Shown here: positions 23,402 to 33,677 of the stretch, piece by piece
Layout of the letters: every line of letters starts with the position of its first letter
Position numbering within the stretch: position 1 is the first letter of the stretch
Origin: Octopus bimaculoides
Taxonomy: Eukaryota
Direction of reading: 5' to 3'
Assembly (NCBI RefSeq): GCF_001194135.2
Contig: NC_068997.1
Location: 43,337,840-43,372,347, forward strand
DNA: 34,508 bases
Notes under the pieces: generated by a model
Databases searched by the model: none
What the model was told of the DNA's origin: nothing
What the model saw: the letters and a program-made list of their open reading frames with translations, nothing else
Made by a program: the position numbers and the translations under genes

Positions 23402-23402
23402 T
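23296..23402. repeat. (GT)12(AC)n(ATT)n compound microsatellite
   Basis: Direct inspection; the GT and AC blocks abut, forming a spacerless palindrome. Confidence 0.97.
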
Positions 23403-23569
23403 AAAACAGTTTGATTCGGCTCCATGTGTCTTAATGTTTCACAAGCTTCTAGCAGATTATTCAGTAAACTAAGCCTGAAAGAGAGGATTCTGCTAGAAGC
23501 TTGCAAATCAAACTGTTTTAAATAATAATAGATGTAAGCCTTACTTTTTTTCTTTTGTTTGTCCTCACT

Positions 23570-25975
23570 TGTATGGTGGTTGTCTACTCCTTATGCAGAG
23601 TTTGACCACCTCCTGTACCTACACCTTAGCACCATCATGGTATCTGATGTGGCTTTTTAAACCAGACAATGCTTTGAAAAGACACCCACATAGATTGCAT
23701 ATCCAACTTGGACCACCAAGAGCTGCAGTTAAGTTCTGATCTTTGTGGATCTTAAAATGTCTTTTGAGGCCTCTGTTAGATTTGCAAACCTTCTGGTATA
23801 CATTGCATTCAAAGGTGTGCACAGACATATAGGTAGAATAGTTGGTGTGGATTCGTTTTCTATGGGTTCACAAATGAGATTTGAGCCCAGCAAAAGAAAG
23901 GCATGGTCTGTCACAAACCTTTTGGTCATTGTGATTCACGTTCTCAATCGAAACATTCTTTTTTAAATCTCTCTTGAGTTTTGCATGTGTTATCCTGGCC
24001 TCTTCAAATGCTTTCACTCCACTCCACACTTTTGTTCACTATCCAGCTCAATCCGAAGCAAGGGTTTCTATGTCCTCTGGATTCATTCCAAGTAACTTCA
24101 TGGTAGTCCTTATGCCATCCTTAAACCTCTTTTTAGGCTTACACTGATAGCGTTTCCCTTCTGCAAGCTCACCATAAAACAGCTGTTTAGGTGTGCATTC
24201 ATCTGCCATTCAAACAATATGGCGACACCATCTCATTTGGTTTTTCAGAATCATTGCTTTAATTGAAGTGATGCCTGCAGACCCAAGGACATCTGTGTTT
24301 GGAGTAAAAGAACTCCATTTAATGTTTAAAATGCGACGAAGGCATTTTTGGTGGAATTGTTCTAACATAACATTCTTTCATAACGTGTCCCTGTTTCAGA
24401 AAAATACAACAGGGATGGTAAAACAAATGTTGTTATTTATATGTCGTTGGTGCCAAACGTATGACTCCAAGCCATCAAATACTTGTGCTGCCCTTTGAAT
24501 TTGCAGATGTATTTCTGTGTCCAGATTTCCATCAATTTGTACAGAGCTTCCAAGGTAGATGAAAGAATCAACAACCTCAAGTAACTTACCCTTAACAAAA
24601 ATTTTAGTGGGATTGCAAACAGCACCACATGCAGGTTGATACATTACAACTGTTTTTTTCAAGTTGATGGTCAAGCCAAAATCATCACAAGCTGAGTCAG
24701 ATGCAGATGCAAGAGATTGCAAACCTGTTTCAAAATGACTGACTAGATCATGATTGTCAGCGTATAAGAGTTTCCTAATGAGTGAAGTAAAAACCTTTGT
24801 TTTCAATTTCAGTCTGGTCAGATTAAAAACATTCCCTGTTGTTTGATATTTTATGTAAATACCCTCCTCAGAGTTTTGAAAAGTATGTGACAGCACAACA
24901 GCAAAGTATATTGCAAAGTGGGTGGGTGCATCAAGGTCTCCTTGCTTTATTCCATTTTCCATGCCAAAAGATTCAGAAAGCCTACCACCAAAATTAACTC
25001 TAGCTTTCATATTTTGATGCAAAGCCCTGATCTTGTTTACAAATTTTTCTGAGCAACTTACTTTCCTTAGAATTAGCCACAGGGCATTTCTATTAACAGC
25101 ATCGACTGCTTCGCTCAAATCAACAAAGTCATGGTATAGGGCAAGATTCTGTTCAATGCACTTTTCCTGAAATTGTCTGGTAGTAAAGATACAATCAATT
25201 GTGCCCCTGGAGGAGTGAAAATCACATTGAGACTCAGACACCATGTTTGGAACTATGAAGGTATTTAAATGTTCTAACAGAATGTGGGCAAGTACCTTTC
25301 CAAACACAGAAAAAAGCAAAATCCCACAAAAATTACCACACAGATCCTTTGGCCTTGATTTATACAAGGAGACTAAAATGGCATCAGTCCAGTCTTCAGG
25401 CACTTTCTCAGTTCTCCAACAATGACAAATTAATATATTTAAGAGTTCAAACATTTTGTCACCCCCATATTTCAAGACTTCTGCACAGATTCCATCAGAC
25501 CCTGGAGACTTATTGTTATTCAGCTTATTCACAGCTAAATAAATGTCATTTAGAGTTGGTTCAAATGCCATCTCCTCTATAACTGGAAGGTGTTCGATTT
25601 TTTTTTTTCTACCATCCTCATGTCAGCAGATGATGGCCTTTTTAAAAGTGCAGAAAAATGTTCTACCCAGCACTTCTGAATAGAAACAGTGTCAGTCAGA
25701 AGCAAACATCTATTTGCTGTTCTCGCTGGAGCTATTGAAGACGATTTTGCACTAAGGTTTGGTGTACAAGTACCTGTGCAGATGAATAATTTTCAGTGAG
25801 TGTAGCTTGCACTGCACTACCCCCACCAAGAAGACGTTCACCAGTGTGACATGAAAATTGACAAAACCAGGAACTTCCAAGGTCTCAGGTTTTATTTTGG
25901 AGATTTCCTTCTAGGTGGATTACCAACCAAGGTGAAAGAGCTTCTACCTGCCCATGAGGCAAGCTATCCTGTTCC
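23570..25975 (-). mobile_element. BovB-like RTE LINE, copy 1 (decayed, endonuclease region missing)
   Basis: RT ORF 24396-25571, linker WVEHFSALLKRPSS near 25650, 3' tail gaggtggtcaaactctg...gagtagacaaccaccataca, and a putative 5' UTR at about 25750-25975. Confidence 0.9.
23619..25571 (-). pseudogene. RTE ORF2 remnant: reverse transcriptase plus three C-terminal C2H2 zinc fingers, one frame with 7 premature stops
   Basis: NNKSPGSDGI, SESQCDF, FVDLSEAVDAV, GIKQGDLDAP, KYQTTGNVFNLTRL (BovB-type), LYADN (degenerate YADD), GLTINLKKT, FIYLGS, FHQKCLRRILNIKW, then three zinc fingers. 25571-23828 is a multiple of 3. Confidence 0.93.
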
Positions 25976-26435
25976 AGACACCAAACTAACACTCCAATGC
26001 TCCATAAAGTGATCAAATATCATTCCTGTGTCCAACATGGAGTAGTTCATTCATACGTAAAAAAAACATTTTTTAAAGTAAAACGTGATTTAAAAATATA
26101 AATAAGATTTAAATATAAATAATATAAAAGTAAAAGATATGTAATTTAAAAATATAAATAAAATAAGATTTGAATGTAAATAATGTATATATATAAAAAA
26201 TGATATATACATATTTACACATATTTATTGGATGGCTGTTGACTACTCATGAGTTCCTCCATCCTTTGACAGGTCTAATTTTTCATCGCACCAGGTGTTC
26301 AACAATCACCTTCCTCACCAAGCAAGCCTGGTGGTGCCAGTTTAGTCACCGTCGACCTGACCATGCAACAGGTTGTACTGGATTATATGTTACCAGTAGC
26401 ACACAAGAGCGATCTCACTTGTATATATGTATGTA

Positions 26436-26467
<32 letters not shown>

Positions 26468-26514
26468 CATATATATACATATATATACATNNNNNNNNNN
26501 ATATATATATATGG

Positions 26515-26670
26515 TATCTTTCAGTCTACAAATCCACTCAGGATTTGGTAGACAGGCTATGATTGGCTCAGGACTATAATAGAAGGTAGTTGCCCAAGGT
26601 GCCATGCAGTGGGACTGAACTTAAAACTATATGGTTAGAAAGTGAAATTCTTAACCACCCAACTATGCTT
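26515..26670 (-). mobile_element. SINE family A, 5' half
   Basis: ctttcagtctacaaatccactcagg...ttgcccaaggtgccatgcagtgggactgaac. Confidence 0.8.
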
Positions 26671-27055
26671 GTGCGTATATGTAAAGGCCATGGACACAAT
26701 CACTACTTGCAAAACTATCTGATAAAAAAAAAGTTGTCTAGGTGTGTAAAAATGCATATGTCTTATATGTATGCATGTGTACTATATATGTGTGTGTGTG
26801 TGTGTATAAATGAGTATGTAAGTATATGCATTAATGTATGTTTATATATGTTTAGTTGTGTGCATATAAGTGACAGCTATGAAAATTATTTACAAAATTA
26901 CTGTAATAAAATAGTAATGCTTTTTTGGTTGTGCTGCTCATTAGTGATTTAATAAGGATGTCTTGTGTTAAGTACAGCTTGTAATAATATTTGTAATGAG
27001 GCTGGTCTTATAAATCATCATTTTCCTTAAATAGAATACCTCCTTTATATATATA

Positions 27056-27835
27056 TATGATAGTTGTCTGCTCAATACAAAGATTGACCGCCTCAGTGTA
27101 CACAATGCTCAGCTCTGGCATGAGATTATATGTGGAATTTTAGACCAAACATACTTTTAAAATGGTGTCCACATAAATTGCATGCTAGATTTAGTACAGC
27201 TTAAACTGCCTATGGTGTCTGATCTTATTGAACCTTGAAATGTTTCTTCAAACTTTCTTGAGATATGAAGATCCTGTGGCATATATAATATTGCAAAGAG
27301 CAAACTGATAGGTATGTTATAATCAGTAGGAATTGTGTGCTCTTATATGAGATTTAAGAGCAGTCTTAGACAGGCAAATTTTGCCATAAAATATACACGT
27401 AGAAAATCTTCCAAGTTCATATTCCCTTATTGGCTGTTTATTTTTCTTATTTTCTTCTTGGTATTTGCCCGTATTAGCCTGTTTTGTCCAAAAGTTCTCA
27501 CACCATCCCATATTTTTGAATGTAAGGTAGAATGATCTGCTGCAAAACTTACCAAGTTTTCTTTAGATCAGTTCCTATATTCTTCAAGTTCTCCTTCAAT
27601 GCACCCTTGAATTTTTTTTCCCTGGCTTATACTGCTTCCTGAACAGGTTTCCCATAAAACAATTCTGTAGGGATATGCTCATCAGCCATGCGGACGATAG
27701 GTCTGGACTGTCGCACATCATTTTTCAAAGTTATTACCTTGATGGAACAAATGCTTGATTCGGCTAGAACATAAAGTGCCAGGAGTGAATGAATTCCATT
27801 TCATTTCCAGAATTTGGTGTAAGCAAAGATGTTAA
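27056..27835 (-). mobile_element. BovB-like RTE LINE, copy 2 (3' fragment with three zinc-finger remnants)
   Basis: LHQILEMKW, IVRMADEHIPTELFYG, KKFKGALKENLK, CIFYGKICLSKTALKSHIRAH, CNI/CHRIFISQESLKKHFKVQ, CNLCGHHFKSMFGLKFHI*SH, and a tail gaggcggtcaatc...gagcagacaactatcata like copy 1. Confidence 0.85.
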
Positions 27836-27856
27836 GTCATTTTTCTTTCACATTAA

Positions 27857-28068
27857 CCCTTTGGCATTTGAACTGGCCATATGCATCCCAAATATTCTAC
27901 TTCCTTTATGTTCAAACTGGTCAGATCTGGCCTCTTACAGCTATCTTATGTTATTCTAAAAATAAACAAGCATATCAAAATTTTGAAGCTATGAGATAAT
28001 GCAGGATTAATTCAAGCCGATGTAAATAAATAAGCATTACATTTGGCAGAATAATCTGAATGCTAAAG
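27857..28068. mobile_element. piggyBac-type MITE, second copy, one end truncated
   Basis: TTAA|CCCTTTGGCATTT start; inverted relative to the 15309 copy; ends at aatgctaaag without the terminal GGTTAA. Confidence 0.75.
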
Positions 28069-28350
28069 AAGTGTATGGTCCATAATCCTCCTCAATAGCA
28101 CCTTTGGATACAACACTTCTCAGAGCTCCTTAACAGGCCCTCTAATATCAAAATAAATATTATTGAATTAATAGAAAATTACCCAGTTGTAGCTGAAATG
28201 GCATCAAAACTAACTGGAAATGACATTATTGCTGCTGTACAAAAATTAAATAACAATAAATCTCCTAGCCTTGATGGTATTAATGCTGAAGTTCTCAAGC
28301 ATGGAGGTGAGAAAATGGTAGAACTTTTACACATAGTAATATCCTATTGT
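28063..28350 (+). pseudogene. BovB-like RTE linker and RT N-terminal fragment
   Basis: LKEVYGP*SSSIAPL...HFSELLNRPS...MASKLTGNDIIAAVQKLNNNKSPSLDGINAEVLKHGGEKMVELL, homologous to the start of the copy 1 RT. Confidence 0.85.
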
Positions 28351-28904
28351 TATGTGTGTATGTGTACAGAGAGAGAGAGAGAGAGAGAGAGAGAAAACTC
28401 TGCTTTACAATTTAAACACATATGCTGGCACAATTCTTTTGATCTGGATTAATTGACAATTAATGTTTTTGGGTGACATTAACTATAGAGACACTTGCTG
28501 ATATTTTTGCAGACGCACATACAAATACATGTACACACACATATATGCACACTTATGCATGTGCATTACACACATACATATCATTTTGTCAGGCCCTCTG
28601 AAACCAGTGAGATTGATGCCATTATTAGGTTCATATGAGATAAAAATACATAAGTGTATTTGGAAGGAATTTGCCGACAGGAATGGAGTATTGTCAAGCT
28701 GATATGGTTACAAGGAAATATTAGGCAAATTAAGTTGTATCAGTAGCTTAGAGAGATAAGACACTTGGTAAGGGGCATATCTACTGACATTTTTGTATGT
28801 CCAAGATTAGCAACTACTGTGAGTGCTCAGGTGTCCACCTCCACCTGTTCTTCTATGTCAATAAAATCTGCTACCTCTTTTGGCATTCGAAGTGTTTTTA
28901 GTTG

Positions 28905-29075
28905 TTGTTATTTAGATCCTGGTCAGCACTGATCCAGCAGACCAACAAGAAAATGTCTTTCTAGCCATAACCATCATGTTTATTTGTTATCCATTGACTT
29001 AATCTTTCCTTAAAGATGGTTGATTGTGGTTTGTGGAACATTCCGCTGCTATTTCTAGCAGATTAAACAATTGTG
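28905..29075 (-). repeat. repeat family F
   Basis: gttgttgttatttagatcctggtcagcactgatccagcagacc...gctgctatttctagcag. Confidence 0.65.
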
Positions 29076-29414
29076 TAGAGAGCAGTTCCCTTGTTGGGGT
29101 CTTTTTGTTGGCACAGGTAAGAATAGACACTGAAAGCAATTTTAATCTTCCGTGTTTGTCTCCGTAGCCCAGTCTGGGAGTTCCAAGACTTACCATTGTA
29201 ATCGATATTATTTGAAGTGTCATTTTATTTTTTTAATTCTTGATGCTTCTGTTTCCAAGACGTTTTTGACTTGGAGGCATGGCTGTGTGGTAAGAAGTGT
29301 GCTTCCCAACCATATGGTTCCAGATTCAGTATTACTACATAGCACTTTAGACAAATGTCTTCTAAGTATATGTCATGAAGTATTTTGTCTGGCATACTAA
29401 CAATTCCGACAGTT

Positions 29415-29945
29415 TAATAATAATAATCCTTTCTACTAAAGGCACAAGGCCTGAAATTTTGGAGGGAACTAGTTGATTACATTGATCCCAGTGTTTCATT
29501 AATACTTACGTTATCGACCCCTAAAAGATGAACGGTAAAACAGATCTTGGTGGAATTTGAATATTACAGCAATAATAATAATAATAATAATAATAATCCT
29601 TTCTACTATAGGCACAAGGCCTTAAATTTTGTGAGTAGGGGGACTAGTTAATTACATCGACCTCCAGAGCTCAACTGGTACTTATTTTATTGACCTCAAA
29701 AGGATGAAAGGCAAAGTTGACCTTGGCAGAATTTAAATATAATAATAATAATAATAATAATTTGGCACAAGGCCAGCAGTTTCAGGGCAGTAAGTCAATT
29801 ACATCAACCCCAGTGCTCAGCTGGTATTTATTTTATTGACCCCAAAATGATGAAAGACTAAGTCAACCTTGGTGGAATTTGAACTCGGATCATAAGGCTA
29901 GACAAAATGCTGCTAAGCATTTTGCCCAGCGTGCTAATAATAATA
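29415..29945 (-). mobile_element. three abutting SINE family B copies separated by (AAT)n tails
   Basis: Units at about 29415-29562, 29571-29738 and 29739-29945; the first two stop at the B box (gaatttgaa, gaatttaaa). Confidence 0.85.
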
Positions 29946-30261
29946 AGGAAGAGAAGAAGAAAAGCATAGAACTGGGAGAGTGTGCTTGCAAATTATTTAG
30001 ATACGGATAGGAACACACTGCTCCTTCATAAGTTATTCAAGTAGTAAATAATGTCTAATCTATTCACTTGTAGGGGCACAACTGAAGACATCTTTTTATA
30101 ATGATTTAAGGGAAGATTACTCTTAGATTGTTTTTACCTTGCCTTCTTCAGGTCTATGTCAAGATTTTTACCTCCTCTCCACAAGCTAACAAAATGCTTG
30201 TCAAGTAGTGAAGTTAGTTTAATTGACATTACCTTCCCTCAGAATTTGTGGCTCTATAAGT

Positions 30262-30705
30262 ATCTTTTATTTTTTACTTACTTCAGTCATTGGATTGTAG
30301 CCAAACTGGGGGCACTGCCTCAAAGTGTTCAGCTGAACAAATTGCCCCCAGCACTTTATTTTTTAAGCCTGATGCTTATTCTGTTGTTTCCTTTTGCTGA
30401 ACCACTAAATTATAGAGGCATAAATGAACCAACACTGGTTGTCAAGTAGTGAAGTTAGTTTAATTGACATTACCTTCCCTCAGAATTTGTGGCTCTATAA
30501 GTNNNNNNNNNNTATTTATATGTATACACAAACACACACTAGGTTTACATGCAGTTTCCATCTCCTAAATTACCAAATTCACTGAAGGCATTGGTTGGTC
30601 CAGGTCTATAGTAGAAGACACCCAAGGTGGTATACAATGGTACTGAACATGAAACTATGTAGTTGCCAAATGAACTTCTTAACCACACAGCTATGACTGT
30701 GCCTA
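30262..30705 (-). mobile_element. SINE family A split by an assembly gap
   Basis: 3' half at about 30262-30452 and 5' half at about 30540-30705. Confidence 0.7.
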
Positions 30706-31048
30706 TGTCAGAAATCCCTTATAGATTAATCCACTGCCTAGAGTGATAAACTGCATTATCCTATGGATCCTATTTACAGCTGAGTGAACTTAGCCATTGA
30801 GAGTTTGGTGTCAAAATATGTAACACTGATCCTTCTGATAAGTTAATACTGTCAACTTGTCAACTTGGTCAACATTCACTTGATATGTAAGAAACGACGA
30901 CTTCTCTCTTTGACATTATACTTAAAATGTGTGAGGGAAAAATATAGTCAAGTAAATATAATCATTAAGTGAATGGTGTTTATTTGATCAAACTGGGTGT
31001 GTTGAAAGGCAAATCCATCCTGGTAGGATTTTAACATTTTATATATAC

Positions 31049-31053
<5 letters not shown>

Positions 31054-31097
<44 letters not shown>
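31054..31097. repeat. (TA)n microsatellite
   Basis: Direct inspection. Confidence 0.97.
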
Positions 31098-31103
<6 letters not shown>

Positions 31104-31309
31104 TTCTCTAGGACATTTAGACTAGAACATTATTATTTCTGTCACTCCTTTATTTACTTTAAAGATTTAAAAAAAAATATTATAGAATCGGGAAGATAAT
31201 TGGTCTTCAAGAACTGAAGTCTGCTCATAAAAAAATATGAAACCAGTGACAGCTTAATTATCCCAGTCCAACTCAGTAGAATAATTAATTTTATTGGAGA
31301 AGAAAAGGC

Positions 31310-31455
31310 AGTGAGCTGGCAGAATCATTAGCACGTTGGATTAAATGCTTAGCAGCATTTCATCCATCTTTATGTTCTGAATTCAAATTACGCCTTTCAT
31401 CCCTTCAGGGTCCCTCCTCCAAATTGCTGGCCTTGTGCCAAAATTTGAAGCTTCA
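31310..31455 (+). mobile_element. SINE family B, internally deleted
   Basis: gagctggcagaatcattagcacg...ttctgaattcaaatt...attgctggccttgtgccaaaatttgaa. Confidence 0.8.
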
Positions 31456-31768
31456 CATTTTTATGTAAGTTGAATAAATTCACCCTTAAATCTTTTCTTG
31501 TCTTTAATTAGAGTGGGTACTTCTATTTGAGTTGTAACCAAATTTGTTCTCTTTGTGCATGACCCTTCCATCTTTTATTAAGACAGTCTATCTAGGACTA
31601 CATTGTCAACTGAACCTTTCCAATCTTAATCTGATTTACTGTGATTTGATTGTTGCTAATGCATGCTTGTTGTCTGATTATTTAGAAGCGTCTCTCATTG
31701 ACTGGTGGAAGATTTATTTATTTAGCTACACTGTTTTGTATTCTAATGGAAGACTTTGTCTTACATTT

Positions 31769-31877
31769 TACCAAGGATCAACTAGGGTCTTGTTCTGGAG
31801 TCTTGTACACTAGTCTTGTACCAAGGATCAATTAGGGTCTTGTACTGGAATCTTGTACACTAGTCTTGTACTGGAAT
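31769..31877. repeat. 50-bp tandem duplication built from TCTTGTAC subunits
   Basis: ccaaggatca at 31771 and 31821; two near-identical units plus a partial third piece. Confidence 0.9.
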
Positions 31878-32059
31878 GAGTAGATTTGTGCCAGTATTAG
31901 GAATCAATATTCATAAAGGGTGGGATAGGTTGAAACAAATGTAAGCATTTGTTCAGTATTGTTATTGCTTCTTATCCTGTGAGCTAATCAGTATCAATCT
32001 ACATTTCATGTTACTCGAGTCAATCAGTTATAAATCTTCTCTATGCTTATATAACTAAC

Positions 32060-32790
32060 AAATAGGCAGCTGCTCTACAAGAATGTTAAGAATGGCTTTG
32101 AATGTTACATGGAGTGCTCAATTAACCAATGAGCAGTTTCATCAAGATCTACCCAAAGTTACTCAGAAGATTCAGCAGAGAAGAATGAGAATTGCTTGTC
32201 ATTGCATCAGGCACCCAGACGAACATGTGTGTCAACTGGTCTTATGCCAGTCAGCTAAAGGAAGAATCAGGAGGGGAAGAAAAATTGTCAGGTGCGGAAG
32301 TGACTGTGTGCTAAGTAGCTTGCTTACCAACCACATAGTTCTGGGTTCATTCCCGCTGCGTGGCACCTTGGGCAAATGTCTCCTACTATAGCCTCAGGCC
32401 GACCAAAGCCTTGTGAGTGGATTTGGTAGACGGAAACTGAAAGAAGCCCATCATATATATGTATATGTATATATATGTATGTGTGTGTTTATGTTTGTGT
32501 GTCTGTGTTTGTCTCCCCAGCATCACTTGACAACTGATGGTGGTGTGTTTACATCCCCGTAACTTAGCGGTTCGGCAAAAGACACTGATAGAATAAGTAC
32601 TAGGCTTCCAAAGAATAAGTCCTGGGGTCGATTTGTTCGACTAAAGGCGGTGCTCCAGCATGGCCGCAGTCAAATGACTGAAACAAGTAAAAGAGTAAAA
32701 GAGAGAGAGTAGTCTTGCTTCAGGACAGTGGAATGGGAAAACATGGATGGCATGCTTTTGTGAAATCATGAAGCATCCAGGAGGCCAAAC
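32060..32790 (+). pseudogene. RTE-X-like LINE C-terminal remnant split by a SINE A insertion
   Basis: TRMLRMALNVTW..LTNEQ...LPKVTQKIQQRRMRIACHCIRHP...GRIRRGRK (32060-32290) resumes after the SINE as VLLQDSGM (about 32710). Confidence 0.7.
32291..32708 (+). mobile_element. SINE family A, young full-length copy
   Basis: Very similar to the 19486 copy, CpGs intact. Confidence 0.93.
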
Positions 32791-33677
32791 TAAAAACTGG
32801 AAACATTTATTCATGCTTATATAACTGTCCTTATATATATTATTACTGCAGTTTTTTTGTTTTTTTTCAGTAGCTTTCAATATTTTCTCTTTGTAGGAGT
32901 AAAGGAGTTTTTGTTTAGAATTGATAATACTTTTTGTGCTGTGTGTATGTATATGCATGTCTATACTTGCAATGTTCCATCTAAGTTGAGTTTATTTCTA
33001 AGCCCTGCTGTCTTTTTTATATCTCTGTCTATGTCTCTATTCTTATTGTTTAATCCCATATCAGCCTTGATCCTGCAAACCTGTGAACAAAAGTGTTCTA
33101 CCTAGAAACATACCCTGTGTACTCTCTGTATTCTGAGTGTATATTTTAATTTCCAAATGCTTATATTTGGATAATGTCTTCGCTTTGCTATATTAACATC
33201 TCTTGCGGAGGTCAATCCGTAATTCTCAAGAACCATCAGCTGAAACACTGTTTTATCTGATTGTTCTTGGAAACACTCTTTTAGCCTTTAATATATGTGA
33301 GATATCCCATAATTTCTCTGTGAGTGAAAAGAACCAGCATGGTCTTTTTTTTTTGTAATTGTTGAATTCAGTAACAATTTTTTTTTTTGTTTTGGATGTT
33401 TTTTGTTCTTGTTTTTTTTTTTTTTTTTTTAACCTTGCTTAAGTTTATCTAACTTAAGGATTTCTACATAACTAGGATTGGAAATTTACCAGTAAATTTA
33501 TTATGAACAGCTTATTATGAATTCTCTAATTCCCACCATTATTTTTAAAAAAACAAATTTTTTAAACATGTCTCAGAACTTCTTATTTCTTCTCAATTAG
33601 ATACTCATTTACAGTTGTTTATAATTTCACTGGCACTAGATTAACAATTTGCATGTTTAGTGCATATACAATATATA

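Noticed and set aside
30198-30502. About 64-bp direct repeat (near 30198 and 30439) around half of a SINE A
   Set aside because: The second copy runs into an N gap, so real duplication and misassembly cannot be distinguished.
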